61,333 bases of DNA from Asaia bogorensis (GCA_945892765.1 CAMDDQ010000004.1:1-61333), one strand, 5' to 3'. Shown: positions 50,214 through 61,333, counted from the first letter of the stretch. Numbers and translations: made by a program. Notes: generated by a model not told the origin, from the letters alone.

Positions 50214-52016
50214 TCATTCCCCGCGCGCCTTGAGCGCGGCGAGGAACGCCGATTGCGGAATCTCGACCTTGCCGAATTGGCGCATTCGCTTTTTGCCTTC
50301 TTTTTGTTTGTCGAGCAGCTTGCGCTTGCGGCTGATGTCGCCGCCATAACATTTGGCCAACACGTCCTTGCGTAGTGCCTTCACGGTCTCGCGGGCGACG
50401 ATGCGCCCGCCAATGGCCGCCTGGATGGCGATCTGGAAAAGCTGGCGCGGGATAAGTTCCTTGAGCTTTTCGCACAAGACACGCCCGCGCGATTCGGCGG
50501 CGCTGCGGTGGACGATGGTGGCAAGTGCGTCCACCGGTTCGGCATTGACCAGGATCGACAGCCTGACGAGGTCGTTTTGTGCGTAGCCGTCGATCTGATA
50601 GTCGAAGCTGGCATAACCGCGCGAAACCGATTTCAGACGGTCGTGGAAATCGAAGACGACCTCGTTCAGCGGCAAACGATACACGAGCATCGCGCGGCTG
50701 CCGGCATAGGTCAGATCGATCTGGACTCCCCGTCGTTCCTGGCAGAGGGCGAGGACCGAGCCAAGATAGGTGTCGGGCACCATGACCGTCGCTTTGATCC
50801 AGGGCTCTTCGATGTGGTCGATGCGAACGGGATCGGGCATGTCGGCCGGGTTGTGCATTTCCATGACCGAGCCGTCGGTCAGGAAGATGCGATAAATGAC
50901 CGATGGCGCGGTGGCGATGAGGTCGAGGTTGAATTCCCGGACCAGGCGTTCCTGGATGATTTCGAGGTGGAGCAGACCGAGAAAACCGCAGCGGAAACCG
51001 AAGCCGAGCGCAGCGGAGGTTTCCGGTTCATAGAGGAAGCTGGCGTCATTCAGGCGCAGTTTGGACAGGCTGTCGCGGAGCCGCTCGAAATCGGCGGCAT
51101 CGATGGGAAACAACCCGCAGAACACAACCGGGAGGCTGGGCTTGAAGCCGGGCAGAGCCACCGCGGCGGGCCGCCGATCCTCGGTCAACGTGTCGCCCAC
51201 GCGGCAATCGGCGACGCTGCGGATGCCGGCGGTGATGAAACCGACCTCGCCCGGACCCAGGCTCGGCACGTCCTTCAGCTTCGGCGTGAAGAAGCCGACA
51301 CGGTCGACATCGTGAACCGCACCGGTCGCCATCATGCGCAGGCGCAGCCCTTTTTTGAGCTCGCCATCCTTAACCCGCACGAGGATGACCACGCCGAGAT
51401 AGGAGTCGTACCAGCTATCGACGAGAAGGGCCTTGAGTGGTGTGGTCTTTTCGCCGATCGGCGGTGGCAGTCTTTCGACAATGGCCTCAAGCACGTCGTC
51501 GATACCCAGCCCGGTCTTGGCCGAAATAGGCACGGCATGGGTGGCGTCGAGGCCGACGACCTCTTCGATCTGCGCGCGCACCCGCTCCGGTTCGGCCGCC
51601 GGCAGGTCGATCTTGTTGAGCACGGGCACGATTTCATGGCCGGCGTCGATTGCCTGATAGGCATTGGCCAAAGTCTGGGCCTCGACGCCCTGGGTGGCGT
51701 CGACGATGAGGAGCGAGCCTTCACACGCGGCGAGCGACCGGCTCACCTCGTACGAAAAGTCGACATGGCCGGGCGTGTCCATCAGGTTGAGTTGATAGGT
51801 CTTCCCGTTCTTTGCCTTGTAAGTCAGACGGACCGTCTGCGCCTTGATGGTGATGCCGCGTTCGCGTTCGATATCCATCGAATCGAGCATCTGGTCGCGG
51901 AAGTCGCGCGAATCGACGCCGCCGCAACGCTGGATCAGACGATCCGCCAACGTCGATTTGCCATGGTCGATATGGGCGATGATGGCGAAATTTCGGATAT
52001 GAGCGAGATCGGTCAT
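50214..52016 (-). CDS. lepA: Elongation factor 4
   Basis: [37 protein letters not shown]. Confidence 0.98.
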   Translation of the reverse strand: MTDLAHIRNFAIIAHIDHGKSTLADRLIQRCGGVDSRDFRDQMLDSMDIERERGITIKAQTVRLTYKAKNGKTYQLNLMDTPGHVDFSYEVSRSLAACEGSLLIVDATQGVEAQTLANAYQAIDAGHEIVPVLNKIDLPAAEPERVRAQIEEVVGLDATHAVPISAKTGLGIDDVLEAIVERLPPPIGEKTTPLKALLVDSWYDSYLGVVILVRVKDGELKKGLRLRMMATGAVHDVDRVGFFTPKLKDVPSLGPGEVGFITAGIRSVADCRVGDTLTEDRRPAAVALPGFKPSLPVVFCGLFPIDAADFERLRDSLSKLRLNDASFLYEPETSAALGFGFRCGFLGLLHLEIIQERLVREFNLDLIATAPSVIYRIFLTDGSVMEMHNPADMPDPVRIDHIEEPWIKATVMVPDTYLGSVLALCQERRGVQIDLTYAGSRAMLVYRLPLNEVVFDFHDRLKSVSRGYASFDYQIDGYAQNDLVRLSILVNAEPVDALATIVHRSAAESRGRVLCEKLKELIPRQLFQIAIQAAIGGRIVARETVKALRKDVLAKCYGGDISRKRKLLDKQKEGKKRMRQFGKVEIPQSAFLAALKARGE

Positions 52017-52208
52017 CGGCTCGGCGGGGGCGCTGGCGAAAATGGGTCGCGATCGGCGATCTGCGCGGCCGGCGAAAGCCACAAGCCGCGTGCGTTGCAC
52101 CGATTGTCCGGTACGGGATTGGCAGCAACATAGGTGGACCCAACCGCACGCGCAACTCCCGCGCTCGCCTCCCGCAGGAAGATAGGCGGGGACGGGCGGG
52201 CGGCCAGA

Positions 52209-54614
52209 TTAGGCACGTAGCGTGCCGGCGGTGGCTTTGGTGACGGCGGCGACAATCTTTTGTCCGACCGCCTCGATGTCGGCATCGGTCAATGTACGGT
52301 CGTTGGGCTGGAGCCGCACCGCGATCGCGATGGATTTTTTGCCCGGCCCGACGCCTTCGCCTTCGTAGAGATCGAAGACCGAAACCTCGGCGATCAGCCC
52401 GCGATCGGCGCCGCGCGCCGCCCGCAACACTGCGTCCGCCGGCACCGCCGCATCAACAACGAAAGCGAAGTCGCGTTCCACTGGCAGCAGCGGCGAAGGT
52501 TTGAGGAGGGGCCGCGCCTTGCCGGCGCGTTCCTTCGGTGGCGGCAGGGCCGACAGGTTCATCTCAAAACCGCAAGCCGGACCCTTGAGGTCGAACCGCG
52601 TCAGAAGTCGCGGATGGATTTCGCCGAAATAGCCGATGACTTTCGGCCCCAGCCGCAAGGTTCCGGCGCGGCCGGGGTGGTACCACGCGGGGGGATCGGT
52701 GGCCACCTGCGCGGCGTCGGCGCCGATGCCGGCGGCGGCGAGAGCCGCCAAGATGTCCGCCTTAGCGTCCAAGGCATCGGCTTTGCGTTGATGGCTGGAC
52801 CAGTGGCGCGGGCGCGATTGGCCGACGCGCAGACCGGTCGCGGCAAGCGACTGATCGGCGGCGGTTTCACCGGCATATTGCGGGCCGATTTCGAACAAGG
52901 CGAGATCGGGCAGCCCGCGATCGGCGTTGCGTTTGGCCGCTTCGAGCAGGTTGGGCAGGATCGAGGGCCGCATCAGATCGAGATCGGCGCTGATGGGGTT
53001 GGCGAGCTTGAGCGATTCGCGGATCCCAAACGGCTCGGCCAATGACGCGCTCATGAATGAATACGTCACCGCCTCGACCATGCCGCGCGCCGCGAGAGCG
53101 CGGCGCACCAGGGCCTCGCGCCGCTGCGCCGGCGTGCGTGCGATCCGGGGAAGGTTGCTGTCGCGCGGCAGCGACAGCGCCGGGATTCGGTCATAACCAT
53201 AGACCCGCGCGACTTCCTCGACCAAATCGGGTTCACCCTCGATATCCGGGCGCCAGGACGGGATGCCGACGCTCAGCCCTTCGGCATCGGGCGTATTGGT
53301 GAACCCGAGATCGGTGAGGATGCGTGCGCTGTCGGCCAAGGGAAGCGTAATCCCGCCGAGGCCGTGCAAGCGGTCGGCTCGCAAATGAACATTGCGTTGC
53401 CAACGCGGTTCGGCGCCGGCGACGACGAGTTCGCCGGCCTCCCCGCCGCAGAGCTCAAGCACCATCTTGGTGGCTGCTTCCATCCCGGCGACGACGAAGG
53501 CCGGATCGACGCCGCGCTCGAAACGATGGCGGGCGTCGCTGTCGATGCCGAGCTTGCGGCCGGTCGCGGCCGTACGCAGCGGATCGAACAGCGCCGCCTC
53601 GATGAAGACATTGGTCGTAGTTTCGGTGCAACCGGTCGATTCCCCGCCGATGACGCCACCCAGGGATAACACGCCGTCCTCGTCGGCGATCACGGTCATG
53701 CCGGGATCGAGCGCATAGGTCTTGCCGTCGAGCGCGGGCAGGCTTTCACCGGGCTTGGCCAGCCGGACGGTCAGGGCGCCGGCGATGGTGTCGGCGTCGA
53801 AGACGTGAAGCGGCCTGCACGCATCGATGGTCAGGAAATTGGTGATGTCGACAAGGGCCGAGATCGGCCGCAGCCCAACCGCTTTCAGCCGCCGCCGCAA
53901 CCAATCCGGGCTCGGTCGATTCCTAACCCCCCGGATCATGCGACCCACGAAGTGTGGGCAGGCATTGGTGGTGCCGTCGGGAAAATCGAGATAGACGCGG
54001 ATCGGGCCTGGGATCGGCTTGGCGGGGGCGGCGCCGGCGAACGCCCAGGGTTTGAGTTTTCCCAAACCGGCCGCGGCAAGGTCGCGGGCGACACCGCGCA
54101 CCCCGAGACAATCGGGACGATTGGCCGTGACCTTGATGTAAATGACCGGATCGTCCAAACCAAGCACGCCAGCGATGGGCTCGCCGATGCGGGCGTCGCC
54201 GGGTAGATCGATGATGCCGTCGTGATCCTCACCCAGCCCCAATTCGCGCGCGGAGCACAACATCCCCGCGCTGTCCACGCCGCGGATCGCGGATTTCTTC
54301 AGCAGGATCCCGGTTCCCGGCAACGTGACGCCGGGCGCGGCGAAGGCTGCCTTCATGCCGGCGCGGGCGTTGGGCGCCCCGCACACGACCTGCACGACGC
54401 CCTTGCCGGTATCGACGCGGCATACTTGCAGACGGTCGGCATCGGGATGCCGTTCGGCCGAAATAACATGGGCGACGGTGAACGGCGCCAGCGCGGCACC
54501 GCGATCCTCCACGCTTTCGACCTCGAGGCCGAGCGCGGTCAGACGCGTCTGGATGTCATCAAGCGACGTGTTGGTGTCGAGATGGTCCGTCAGCCAGCCC
54601 AGCGTGAACTTCAT
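52209..54614 (-). CDS. pheT: Phenylalanine--tRNA ligase beta subunit
   Basis: [30 protein letters not shown]; ATGA overlap with pheS. Confidence 0.97.
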   Translation of the reverse strand: MKFTLGWLTDHLDTNTSLDDIQTRLTALGLEVESVEDRGAALAPFTVAHVISAERHPDADRLQVCRVDTGKGVVQVVCGAPNARAGMKAAFAAPGVTLPGTGILLKKSAIRGVDSAGMLCSARELGLGEDHDGIIDLPGDARIGEPIAGVLGLDDPVIYIKVTANRPDCLGVRGVARDLAAAGLGKLKPWAFAGAAPAKPIPGPIRVYLDFPDGTTNACPHFVGRMIRGVRNRPSPDWLRRRLKAVGLRPISALVDITNFLTIDACRPLHVFDADTIAGALTVRLAKPGESLPALDGKTYALDPGMTVIADEDGVLSLGGVIGGESTGCTETTTNVFIEAALFDPLRTAATGRKLGIDSDARHRFERGVDPAFVVAGMEAATKMVLELCGGEAGELVVAGAEPRWQRNVHLRADRLHGLGGITLPLADSARILTDLGFTNTPDAEGLSVGIPSWRPDIEGEPDLVEEVARVYGYDRIPALSLPRDSNLPRIARTPAQRREALVRRALAARGMVEAVTYSFMSASLAEPFGIRESLKLANPISADLDLMRPSILPNLLEAAKRNADRGLPDLALFEIGPQYAGETAADQSLAATGLRVGQSRPRHWSSHQRKADALDAKADILAALAAAGIGADAAQVATDPPAWYHPGRAGTLRLGPKVIGYFGEIHPRLLTRFDLKGPACGFEMNLSALPPPKERAGKARPLLKPSPLLPVERDFAFVVDAAVPADAVLRAARGADRGLIAEVSVFDLYEGEGVGPGKKSIAIAVRLQPNDRTLTDADIEAVGQKIVAAVTKATAGTLRA

Positions 54615-55687
54615 CGGGACAGTCCTCCGACCAGGCTCGGAATGTCCAGAGCACCGAAGCCATAGTGGCGAAGCCAGCGGAGGTCGGCGTCGAAGAAAGT
54701 ACGCAGATCGGGGATGCCGTATTTCAGCATGGCGATGCGCTCGATCCCCATGCCGAAGGCAAAACCTTGAAATTCGCCCGGATCGACACCGCAATGCGCC
54801 AACACCTTGGGATGAACCATGCCGGCGCCCAGGATTTCCAGCCAGGAATCGCCCGCGCCGATCTTCATCTCGCCGCCTTTGCGCGAACAGCCGATATCCA
54901 TTTCAGCCGAGGGTTCGGTGAAGGGAAAGTAACTGGGCCGGAACCGCACGGGAACGTCGGGTATCTCGAAATAGGCGCGCACGAAATCGATCAGGCAGCC
55001 TTTGAGATGGCCCATATGCGTCGACCGATCGATCACCAGGCCTTCGACCTGATGAAACATCGGCGTGTGGGTCATGTCGGAATCGCGGCGATAGGTGCGT
55101 CCCGGCGCGATGATGCGCAAGGGCGGCCGCGATTTCAGCATCGTGCGTACCTGCACCGGCGATGTGTGGGTGCGGAGAAGCAGCCGGGAGCCGTCGGCTT
55201 TCTGGGGAAGATAGAACGTGTCCCACATCTGCCGGGCGGGATGTTCCGGCGGCATGTTGAGGGCCGTGAAATTGTGGAAGTCGTCCTCGATGTCTGGGCC
55301 TTCGGCGATGGCGAATCCCATTTCGCCGAAAATGGCGACGACTTCGTCGATGGTCTGTCCGATCGGATGAATCCGCCCCTCCGATTCCGGCCGCGGCGGG
55401 AGCGTGACGTCGATGCGTTCGCCTTCGAGACGGCGATTCATCTTGGACTCGCGCAAAGCCGCCGTCTTGGTTTCGATGGCAGTTTCGATTTCGGTCTTGA
55501 TGGCATTCAACGCAGCGCCGGCGGCCTTGCGCTCCTCGGCCGGCAATTTCCCGAGGTCCTTCAGGCGTTGTGTGATGTCGCCCTTGCGGCCGAGCGCGGC
55601 CACGCGGCGCGAATCCAGTGTCTCCAAATCCGCGGCGTCGTGGACGCCCGCCAGGATTTCGTCGCGTAGCCGGTTCAAATCGTTCAT
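54611..55687 (-). CDS. pheS: Phenylalanine--tRNA ligase alpha subunit
   Basis: [33 protein letters not shown]. Confidence 0.98.
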   Translation of the reverse strand: MNDLNRLRDEILAGVHDAADLETLDSRRVAALGRKGDITQRLKDLGKLPAEERKAAGAALNAIKTEIETAIETKTAALRESKMNRRLEGERIDVTLPPRPESEGRIHPIGQTIDEVVAIFGEMGFAIAEGPDIEDDFHNFTALNMPPEHPARQMWDTFYLPQKADGSRLLLRTHTSPVQVRTMLKSRPPLRIIAPGRTYRRDSDMTHTPMFHQVEGLVIDRSTHMGHLKGCLIDFVRAYFEIPDVPVRFRPSYFPFTEPSAEMDIGCSRKGGEMKIGAGDSWLEILGAGMVHPKVLAHCGVDPGEFQGFAFGMGIERIAMLKYGIPDLRTFFDADLRWLRHYGFGALDIPSLVGGLSR

Positions 55688-55734
55688 CGCGTTGGGTCCC
55701 GGGGAAAAACTAGCCTCTCGCGGAGAGTGAAACG

Positions 55735-55766
55735 AAAAAGGGTCGGCCCTCTCGGACCGACCCTTT
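55735..55766 (-). terminator. Intrinsic terminator after rplT
   Basis: Minus strand AAAGGGTCGGTCC-GAGA-GGGCCGACCCTTTTT. Confidence 0.8.
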
Positions 55767-55788
55767 ATCACCGCCGAGACGCAGTGTC

Positions 55789-56151
55789 TCAGGCGGGCTT
55801 GAGGGCGGCCCGGGCCTTTTCGGCCAAGCCCTTAAAGCCATCGGGATCGGTGATCGCCAGGTCCGACAGAACTTTGCGGTCGATTTCGATGCCGGCCTTC
55901 TTGATCCCGAACATAAGCTGCGAATAGGTCATGCCGGACAGGCGCGCCGCCGCATTGATGCGCTGAATCCACAAGCCGCGGAAATCGCGCTTACGGTTGC
56001 GCCGGTCGCGATAGGCATAACGAAGCGCCTTCTCGACCTTCTCGAGTGCGGCGCGAAAGGTGGTGCTCGACCGGCCGCGATAACCCGCGGCGCGTTTCAG
56101 GACTTTCTTGTGGCGGGCGTGGCCTGTTGTCCCGCGTTTGACGCGTGCCAT
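55789..56151 (-). CDS. rplT: 50S ribosomal protein L20
   Basis: [25 protein letters not shown]. Confidence 0.98.
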   Translation of the reverse strand: MARVKRGTTGHARHKKVLKRAAGYRGRSSTTFRAALEKVEKALRYAYRDRRNRKRDFRGLWIQRINAAARLSGMTYSQLMFGIKKAGIEIDRKVLSDLAITDPDGFKGLAEKARAALKPA

Positions 56152-56166
56152 TGTTCAACGCCCCCG

Positions 56167-56364
56167 TTAATCGTGCAGGAAGAAGCGGATGACCTTGCGC
56201 GCGTCACCCTTTTTCATCGTGGTGCTGGCGCGGGCCTTGCGCTTCATTTTCTGCGAGCGTTTGCGCAGATTGTGACGCTTGAAGGCATGGGCCATCTTGA
56301 CCTTGCCAGTCCCGGTCAGTCTGAACCGCTTTTTGGCGGCAGACTTGGTCTTCATCTTGGGCAT
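56167..56364 (-). CDS. rpmI: 50S ribosomal protein L35
   Basis: [14 protein letters not shown]. Confidence 0.97.
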   Translation of the reverse strand: MPKMKTKSAAKKRFRLTGTGKVKMAHAFKRHNLRKRSQKMKRKARASTTMKKGDARKVIRFFLHD

Positions 56365-56420
56365 TTTGCTTCCTTTCGATGAACCGGCGGCAGTCAACTC
56401 CGACGATTCGTCCATTGGCT

Positions 56421-56506
56421 CAGGCGGTTGGGCATGCCCGGGGCTATCGCCCTGGCCTCGCCGCCTGGAAGTGGGGGTTTATACAGACCGAGGTGAATTC
56501 GCGCAA
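56421..56506 (-). promoter_or_regulatory. rpmI promoter and structured 5' leader
   Basis: TTGCGC-N17-TATAAA (56506-56478); leader stem CAGGCGG/CCGCCTG enclosing a short hairpin. Confidence 0.5.
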
Positions 56507-56629
56507 GAGCCGCCGCCGGCGTCCGAAGGACGGCGAAAATTGCAGCGAAGGGAGGGCGCCCGCAACCAAAACGCCTTATATAGTGGGTAAACTATATCGG
56601 GGCCACGGCGGCCCCTTTCGGGGGTGGCC

Positions 56630-57259
56630 ATGGTAAAGATCTACGGACGCAGCAATTCGGCGAATGTGCAGAAGGTGCTGTGGGTCTGCGAGGAACTGTC
56701 GATACCTGTTCAACGCGAGGTCGTTGGCGGCGAAAGCGGCGGCATGAAGACTCGCGATCCGTCCTATCTCGTCCTTAATCCGAACGGGCTTGTTCCCACC
56801 ATCGATGACGACGGGTTCGTGTTGTGGGAATCGAACGCCATCGTTCGCTATTTCGCAGCCAAACACGGCGCCGGGACGCTGTGGCCGGAAAATGTGCAGG
56901 AACGGGCGGACGCGGATCGCTGGATGGATTGGGCGTCGATGACGATCGCGCCGGCGATGGGGCCGCTGTTTGTCGGGTTGGTTCGGACGCCGCCCGAAAA
57001 GCGCGACCCGGCCGCGCTCGACGAGGCGCGCCACCGGGCACTGGACGCGTGGAAAATCTTGAGCAACGACCTCTCGCGCCGGGATTTCGTGGCCGGAAGC
57101 CACTTCACGATGGGCGACATCGCGCTTGGCGTTCACGCCTATCGTTGGTTCAACCTGCCGATTCAGCGGCCCTCGATGATGGTTGGTCTGCAGAACTGGT
57201 ACGCGCGGCTGACGATGCGGCCAGCCTATAAGAAATGGGTGATGACTACGCTGACTTAG
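56630..57259 (+). CDS. Glutathione S-transferase family protein
   Basis: SANVQKVLW, LNPNGLVP, WESNAI, FTMGDI. Confidence 0.92.
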   Translation: MVKIYGRSNSANVQKVLWVCEELSIPVQREVVGGESGGMKTRDPSYLVLNPNGLVPTIDDDGFVLWESNAIVRYFAAKHGAGTLWPENVQERADADRWMDWASMTIAPAMGPLFVGLVRTPPEKRDPAALDEARHRALDAWKILSNDLSRRDFVAGSHFTMGDIALGVHAYRWFNLPIQRPSMMVGLQNWYARLTMRPAYKKWVMTTLT

Positions 57260-57311
57260 CGAGGCTTCGGGCCTTGCGGTCGAGCTGCGGCGAAGGGGCC
57301 GCAATCGGCGG

Positions 57312-58643
57312 ATGACCGGGACGATCTTCGCTTTGGCGACGTCTTCCGGCCGGGCCGGAATTGCCGTGCTGCGTGTCTCCGGTCCGGGGGCGGGCGCGGC
57401 CATCGCCGCCCTGACCCGCCGTCCGGTGCCGCCCGCGCGCCGCGCCAGCCTGCGCCGCCTCGCCGATCCACGGGGCGGGGAGGCTCTTGACGATGCGCTC
57501 GTGCTCTGGTTTCCCGGACCGAGCAGCTTTACCGGGGAGGATGTGGCGGAGTTCCATATCCACGGCGGCGGCGCGGTCGTGGCGGGGGTGAGCGAGGTTC
57601 TGGGGCGGCTGCCCGGTTGCCGTCTTGCCCAAGCGGGAGAATTCACTCGCCGAGCTTTTGAAAACGGGAGGCTCGATCTCACCGAAGTCGAGGGCCTTGC
57701 CGATCTCATCGCGGCCGAGACCGCGGCCCAGCGGCGGCAGGCGTTGCGGCAACTGGACGGGGAACTGGGCGCGCTCTACGAGGGCTGGCGGGCAAGGCTG
57801 ATCCGGGTCCTCGGGCATGCCGAGGCCGATATCGATTTTCCGGACGAGGATTTGCCCCAGGGTTTGGCCGCGGCGATTCGTCCCGAGATCGGGGATCTTG
57901 CTGCGGAGATCGCGCGCCATCTCGATGACGGAAGGCGTGGAGAGAGGCTTCGGGAGGGCCTGTCCATCGCCATCATCGGCGCGCCCAATGCCGGTAAATC
58001 GAGCCTGTTGAACCGGCTTGCGCGGCGGGATGCCGCCATCGTATCGGCCACCGCCGGAACAACGCGCGACGTTATCGAAATTCATCTCGATCTCGGGGGG
58101 TATCCCCTGGTGATCGCCGACACTGCCGGTCTGCGGGACGGCGGCGACGACATCGAGGCCGAGGGGGTGCGGCTGGCGTTGGCACGGGCGAAGGCGGCGG
58201 ACCTCAAGCTCGCCGTCTTCGACGCGGCGGCCTGGCCTGCGGCGGATTCGGCCACGGCGGCTCTGGTCGATGACGACACCATTGTGGTTCTCAACAAGAT
58301 TGACCTTGGTACATCCAAGACGCCGCCAATGCCCAATGGGCGGCCGATGGTGGCGGTTTCGGCGTTGACCGGGGCCGGCGTGGAGGTGTTGTTGAGCGCG
58401 ATCGAAAGGGAGGCCGCGCGCCGGCTCAACGTCAGTGCTTCCCCGGTCCTCACGCGCGCTCGGCATCGCGAGGCGCTTGAGGGCTGTGTGGCGGCGTTGC
58501 GGCGTGGCCTGGTTGCGGGTTTGCCGGAGCTTGCTGCCGAGGATTTGCGTCTGGCCGCGCGGGCATTGGGCCGTATCACTGGACGGGTTGGTGTTGATGA
58601 CATTTTAGACGTCGTCTTCCGCGAATTTTGCATCGGGAAATAG
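57312..58643 (+). CDS. mnmE: tRNA modification GTPase MnmE
   Basis: TIFALAT, SFTGED, GAPNAGKSS, GTTRD, FCIGK. Confidence 0.97.
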   Translation: MTGTIFALATSSGRAGIAVLRVSGPGAGAAIAALTRRPVPPARRASLRRLADPRGGEALDDALVLWFPGPSSFTGEDVAEFHIHGGGAVVAGVSEVLGRLPGCRLAQAGEFTRRAFENGRLDLTEVEGLADLIAAETAAQRRQALRQLDGELGALYEGWRARLIRVLGHAEADIDFPDEDLPQGLAAAIRPEIGDLAAEIARHLDDGRRGERLREGLSIAIIGAPNAGKSSLLNRLARRDAAIVSATAGTTRDVIEIHLDLGGYPLVIADTAGLRDGGDDIEAEGVRLALARAKAADLKLAVFDAAAWPAADSATAALVDDDTIVVLNKIDLGTSKTPPMPNGRPMVAVSALTGAGVEVLLSAIEREAARRLNVSASPVLTRARHREALEGCVAALRRGLVAGLPELAAEDLRLAARALGRITGRVGVDDILDVVFREFCIGK

Positions 58644-58744
58644 GGCGGGATGGAAAGGCCCTGCCCGCAAACAACGCGCCCGTGCGAGCGGACAACAATA
58701 TCTGTATATATAATATGATTACATATTACGTGACCGGACAAGAA

Positions 58745-58760
58745 TGTTTCACGTGAAACA
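58745..58760. other. parS centromere site 1
   Basis: Exact TGTTTCACGTGAAACA. Confidence 0.95.
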
Positions 58761-58769
58761 TTCTTGGTT

Positions 58770-58798
58770 TTGACTTCGGGCCGGACCGCGACTATAGA
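58770..58798 (+). promoter_or_regulatory. Putative sigma70 promoter of mnmG-rsmG-parA
   Basis: TTGACT-N17-TATAGA ending 9 nt before the ATG. Confidence 0.55.
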
Positions 58799-58807
58799 CT
58801 CGCGGAA

Positions 58808-60673
58808 ATGAGCGGTTATGACGTCATTGTGGTGGGCGGCGGACATGCGGGCTGTGAGGCCGCCGCCGCCGCTGCGCGGCTGGGTGCATCGACCCTGCTG
58901 CTGACCCACAATCTGGCGACCATCGGGGAGATGTCGTGTAATCCGGCTATCGGCGGGTTGGCCAAGGGCCACCTCGTCCGTGAAATCGATGCGCTCGACG
59001 GGCTTATGGGGCGGGTCATCGATCGGGCGGGCATTCAGTTCCGCATGCTGAACCGCAGCAAAGGCCCCGCCGTTCGCGGGCCGCGCGCCCAGGCCGATCG
59101 TAAACTCTACCGCATCGCCATGCAGGAGATTCTGGCGGCGCAGCCGAATTTGGCTATTCGGGCGGGCGCGGTCGAGAATCTGCGATTCGGCCGCGATGGT
59201 TCGATCGCCGCCGTGGAGTTGGCGAGTGGCGAGGAGATCGCGACCGGTGCGGTCGTGGTGACGACCGGGACCTTTCTCCGTGGGTTGATCCATATCGGGA
59301 AGGAGACCCAGGCCGCCGGCCGCGTGGGTGAAGCGCCAGCGCTGGGGCTTTCGGAAACTTTCGAAGGTGCCGGCTTCGTGCTTGGCCGGCTGAAGACCGG
59401 CACGCCCCCACGCCTTGATGGGAGCACCATCGATTGGCCGGGGCTCGCGGTGCAACCCGGCGACGATCCGCCGGAACCGTTTTCTTTTCTTACGGCGCGT
59501 ATCGCAACACCGCAGGTTCCTTGCCATATTACGGCAACGACGCTGGAAACCCACGACATCATCCGCGCGAATCTGCATCTCGCGCCGATGTATTCCGGGC
59601 AGATTGGCAGCACCGGCCCGCGTTATTGCCCGTCAATCGAGGATAAGGTCGTTCGCTTCGCCGAACGGACTCGCCATCAAATCTTCCTGGAGCCCGAGGG
59701 GCTGGACGACGACACCGTTTATCCGAACGGCATCTCCACCTCACTTCCTCGCGACATCCAGGTGGCACTCCTTAAGACCATTCCCGGCCTCGAACGCGCG
59801 GAGATGGTCCGGCCCGGTTACGCGGTGGAATATGACTATGTCGATCCCCGGGAGTTGTGGCCAACGCTCGAGACGCGTCGGGTCAATGGACTTTACCTTG
59901 CCGGACAGATCAACGGTACGACCGGTTACGAGGAGGCCGCTGCCCAGGGGCTCATGGCGGGCCTCAACGCGGCGCTGGCGGTATCCGGCGGCGAACCGTT
60001 CACGCTCGACCGCAGCCAAGCCTATATCGGCGTGCTCATCGACGATCTGGTGAGCCTCGGTACGACCGAACCCTACCGCATGTTTACTTCACGGGCCGAA
60101 TTCCGGCTGACTCTGCGGGCCGACAATGCCGATCAACGCCTGACCCCGAGCGGGATCGCCATTGGCTGCGTCGGCGGAGAACGGTCGAAGGTGTTCACGG
60201 CGAAGGCGCGCGATCTGGCCGCCGCGCGGGACCTTGTTTCGAGTCTTCGCGCCACACCCACTGATCTGCAACGCCGAGGGCTTCAGGTTAATCAAGACGG
60301 GACAAAGCGAAGCGCTGGCGATCTTTTGAGCATGCCCGGCGTGGATTGCCGGCGGCTCGCGATCCTGTGGCCCGAGCTGGGCGCCCTGGCACCGCCGATC
60401 GCCGAACAACTTGAAATCGATGCGCGATATGCCGGTTATCTCGACCGTCAGGACGCCGATATTCGGACCTTCCGCCAGGATGAAACACTGCTCCTGCCGC
60501 CCGATCTCGATTATGACGGCCTCACCAGTCTGTCGACGGAGGTTCGCACGAAACTGGCGAAGGCACGGCCGCCAACGCTGGGCGCGGCCGCTCGGATTTC
60601 CGGGGTCACGCCGGCGGCGCTTACCATCCTGTTGCGTTATGTCCGCCGCGCCCAACCCGCTCACACCGGATGA
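58808..60673 (+). CDS. mnmG: tRNA uridine 5-carboxymethylaminomethyl modification enzyme
   Basis: [38 protein letters not shown]. Confidence 0.98.
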   Translation: MSGYDVIVVGGGHAGCEAAAAAARLGASTLLLTHNLATIGEMSCNPAIGGLAKGHLVREIDALDGLMGRVIDRAGIQFRMLNRSKGPAVRGPRAQADRKLYRIAMQEILAAQPNLAIRAGAVENLRFGRDGSIAAVELASGEEIATGAVVVTTGTFLRGLIHIGKETQAAGRVGEAPALGLSETFEGAGFVLGRLKTGTPPRLDGSTIDWPGLAVQPGDDPPEPFSFLTARIATPQVPCHITATTLETHDIIRANLHLAPMYSGQIGSTGPRYCPSIEDKVVRFAERTRHQIFLEPEGLDDDTVYPNGISTSLPRDIQVALLKTIPGLERAEMVRPGYAVEYDYVDPRELWPTLETRRVNGLYLAGQINGTTGYEEAAAQGLMAGLNAALAVSGGEPFTLDRSQAYIGVLIDDLVSLGTTEPYRMFTSRAEFRLTLRADNADQRLTPSGIAIGCVGGERSKVFTAKARDLAAARDLVSSLRATPTDLQRRGLQVNQDGTKRSAGDLLSMPGVDCRRLAILWPELGALAPPIAEQLEIDARYAGYLDRQDADIRTFRQDETLLLPPDLDYDGLTSLSTEVRTKLAKARPPTLGAAARISGVTPAALTILLRYVRRAQPAHTG

Positions 60674-61280
60674 ATTCGATCGTCTGGCCGATGTTTCACG
60701 TGAAACATCGGCCAAGTTGAGAATCCACGCCGCCCTGCTCTTGCAATGGCGGGGGCGGGTGAATCTCATCGGCGATTCGACCTATCCCGACCTGTGGCGC
60801 CGACATTTCCTCGATTCCGCCCAGCTCCATGCGCTTATTCCCCGAGACGCGACGACCCTTCTGGATATCGGCAGCGGCGCCGGTTTCCCCGGTCTTGTCC
60901 TGTCGGCGATGGGGGGGCTGGAGGTCCAATTAATCGAATCCGATGGCCGCAAATGCGGCTTCTTGCGGGAGGTCGTAGCCGCCGCGGCGCTTCCCGCGAC
61001 GATCCATAATAAAAGGGCCGAGGACTTCGATTCCCTGCGAGCCGATATCGTCACCGCTCGGGCCGTGGCGCCACTGCCCCGGCTGCTCGACTATTCCACC
61101 AGGCTCCTTGCGCCCGGCGGCAGTTTCCTTTTCCACAAGGGCCGCGCGGTCGAGGATGAATTGACGGACGCGGCAAAGCGATGGAAGATGGACGTCGAAC
61201 GCTTCCCAAGCCAAACCGATCCGTCGGGTACCATCCTGCGACTCACCGGGGTGCGAAAGCGCAATGCCGAGCGACGTTAA
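60639..61280 (+). CDS. rsmG: 16S rRNA m7G527 methyltransferase
   Basis: [27 protein letters not shown]; start inferred, overlapping mnmG end. Confidence 0.93.
   Translation: MSAAPNPLTPDEFDRLADVSRETSAKLRIHAALLLQWRGRVNLIGDSTYPDLWRRHFLDSAQLHALIPRDATTLLDIGSGAGFPGLVLSAMGGLEVQLIESDGRKCGFLREVVAAAALPATIHNKRAEDFDSLRADIVTARAVAPLPRLLDYSTRLLAPGGSFLFHKGRAVEDELTDAAKRWKMDVERFPSQTDPSGTILRLTGVRKRNAERR
60692..60707. other. parS centromere site 2 (inside rsmG)
   Basis: Exact TGTTTCACGTGAAACA. Confidence 0.93.
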
Positions 61281-61333
61281 CGCCATGCCCGATATTGCAC
61301 CCGGCACGCCACTGCGGCTAATCGCCGTCGCCA
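61264..61333 (+). CDS. parA: ParA, 5' end only
   Basis: ...PLRLIAVA at window edge, as expected just before NQKGG; follows rsmG. Confidence 0.7.
   Translation, partial: MPSDVNAMPDIAPGTPLRLIAVA

Noticed and set aside
50508-52133. Long antisense or alternative-frame ORFs (e.g. 541 aa opposite lepA; 58082-59578; 2446-3618)
   Set aside because: Shadows of real genes in GC-rich DNA; no recognisable motifs
55688-55788. pheM-type attenuator before pheS
   Set aside because: No Phe-rich leader peptide with a plausible start seen; the hairpin is adequately explained as the rplT terminator
1-61333. Mobile elements, prophage, defence systems, tRNA/rRNA
   Set aside because: No transposase, integrase, phage, cas or structural RNA signature recognised by eye; small RNAs could have been missed

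Overview
High-GC alphaproteobacterial chromosome segment, Rhodospirillales-like by gene content and order (inference). It is probably origin-proximal, because it ends in mnmE-mnmG-rsmG-parA with two perfect parS sites. Most of it is housekeeping: sdhCDAB, argH-lysA, ftsEX, class II ribonucleotide reductase, the F0 ATP synthase operon, thrS-infC, leuS-lptE-holA and rpmI-rplT-pheST-lepA. No tRNA, rRNA, CRISPR, IS or prophage was recognised. The most notable item is a TPR + PRMT7/9-like (eukaryote-type protein arginine methyltransferase) gene, paired with a nonsense-interrupted methyltransferase between yggS and a porin. Also notable: a hypothetical gene behind a complete sigma54/IHF/enhancer promoter, a PL5 alginate lyase appended to the sdh operon, a DUF4914 PEPCK-like P-loop gene, a di-haem peroxidase-family gene, and four reading-frame lesions confined to accessory genes. 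All calls come from motif recognition by eye; no searches were run.
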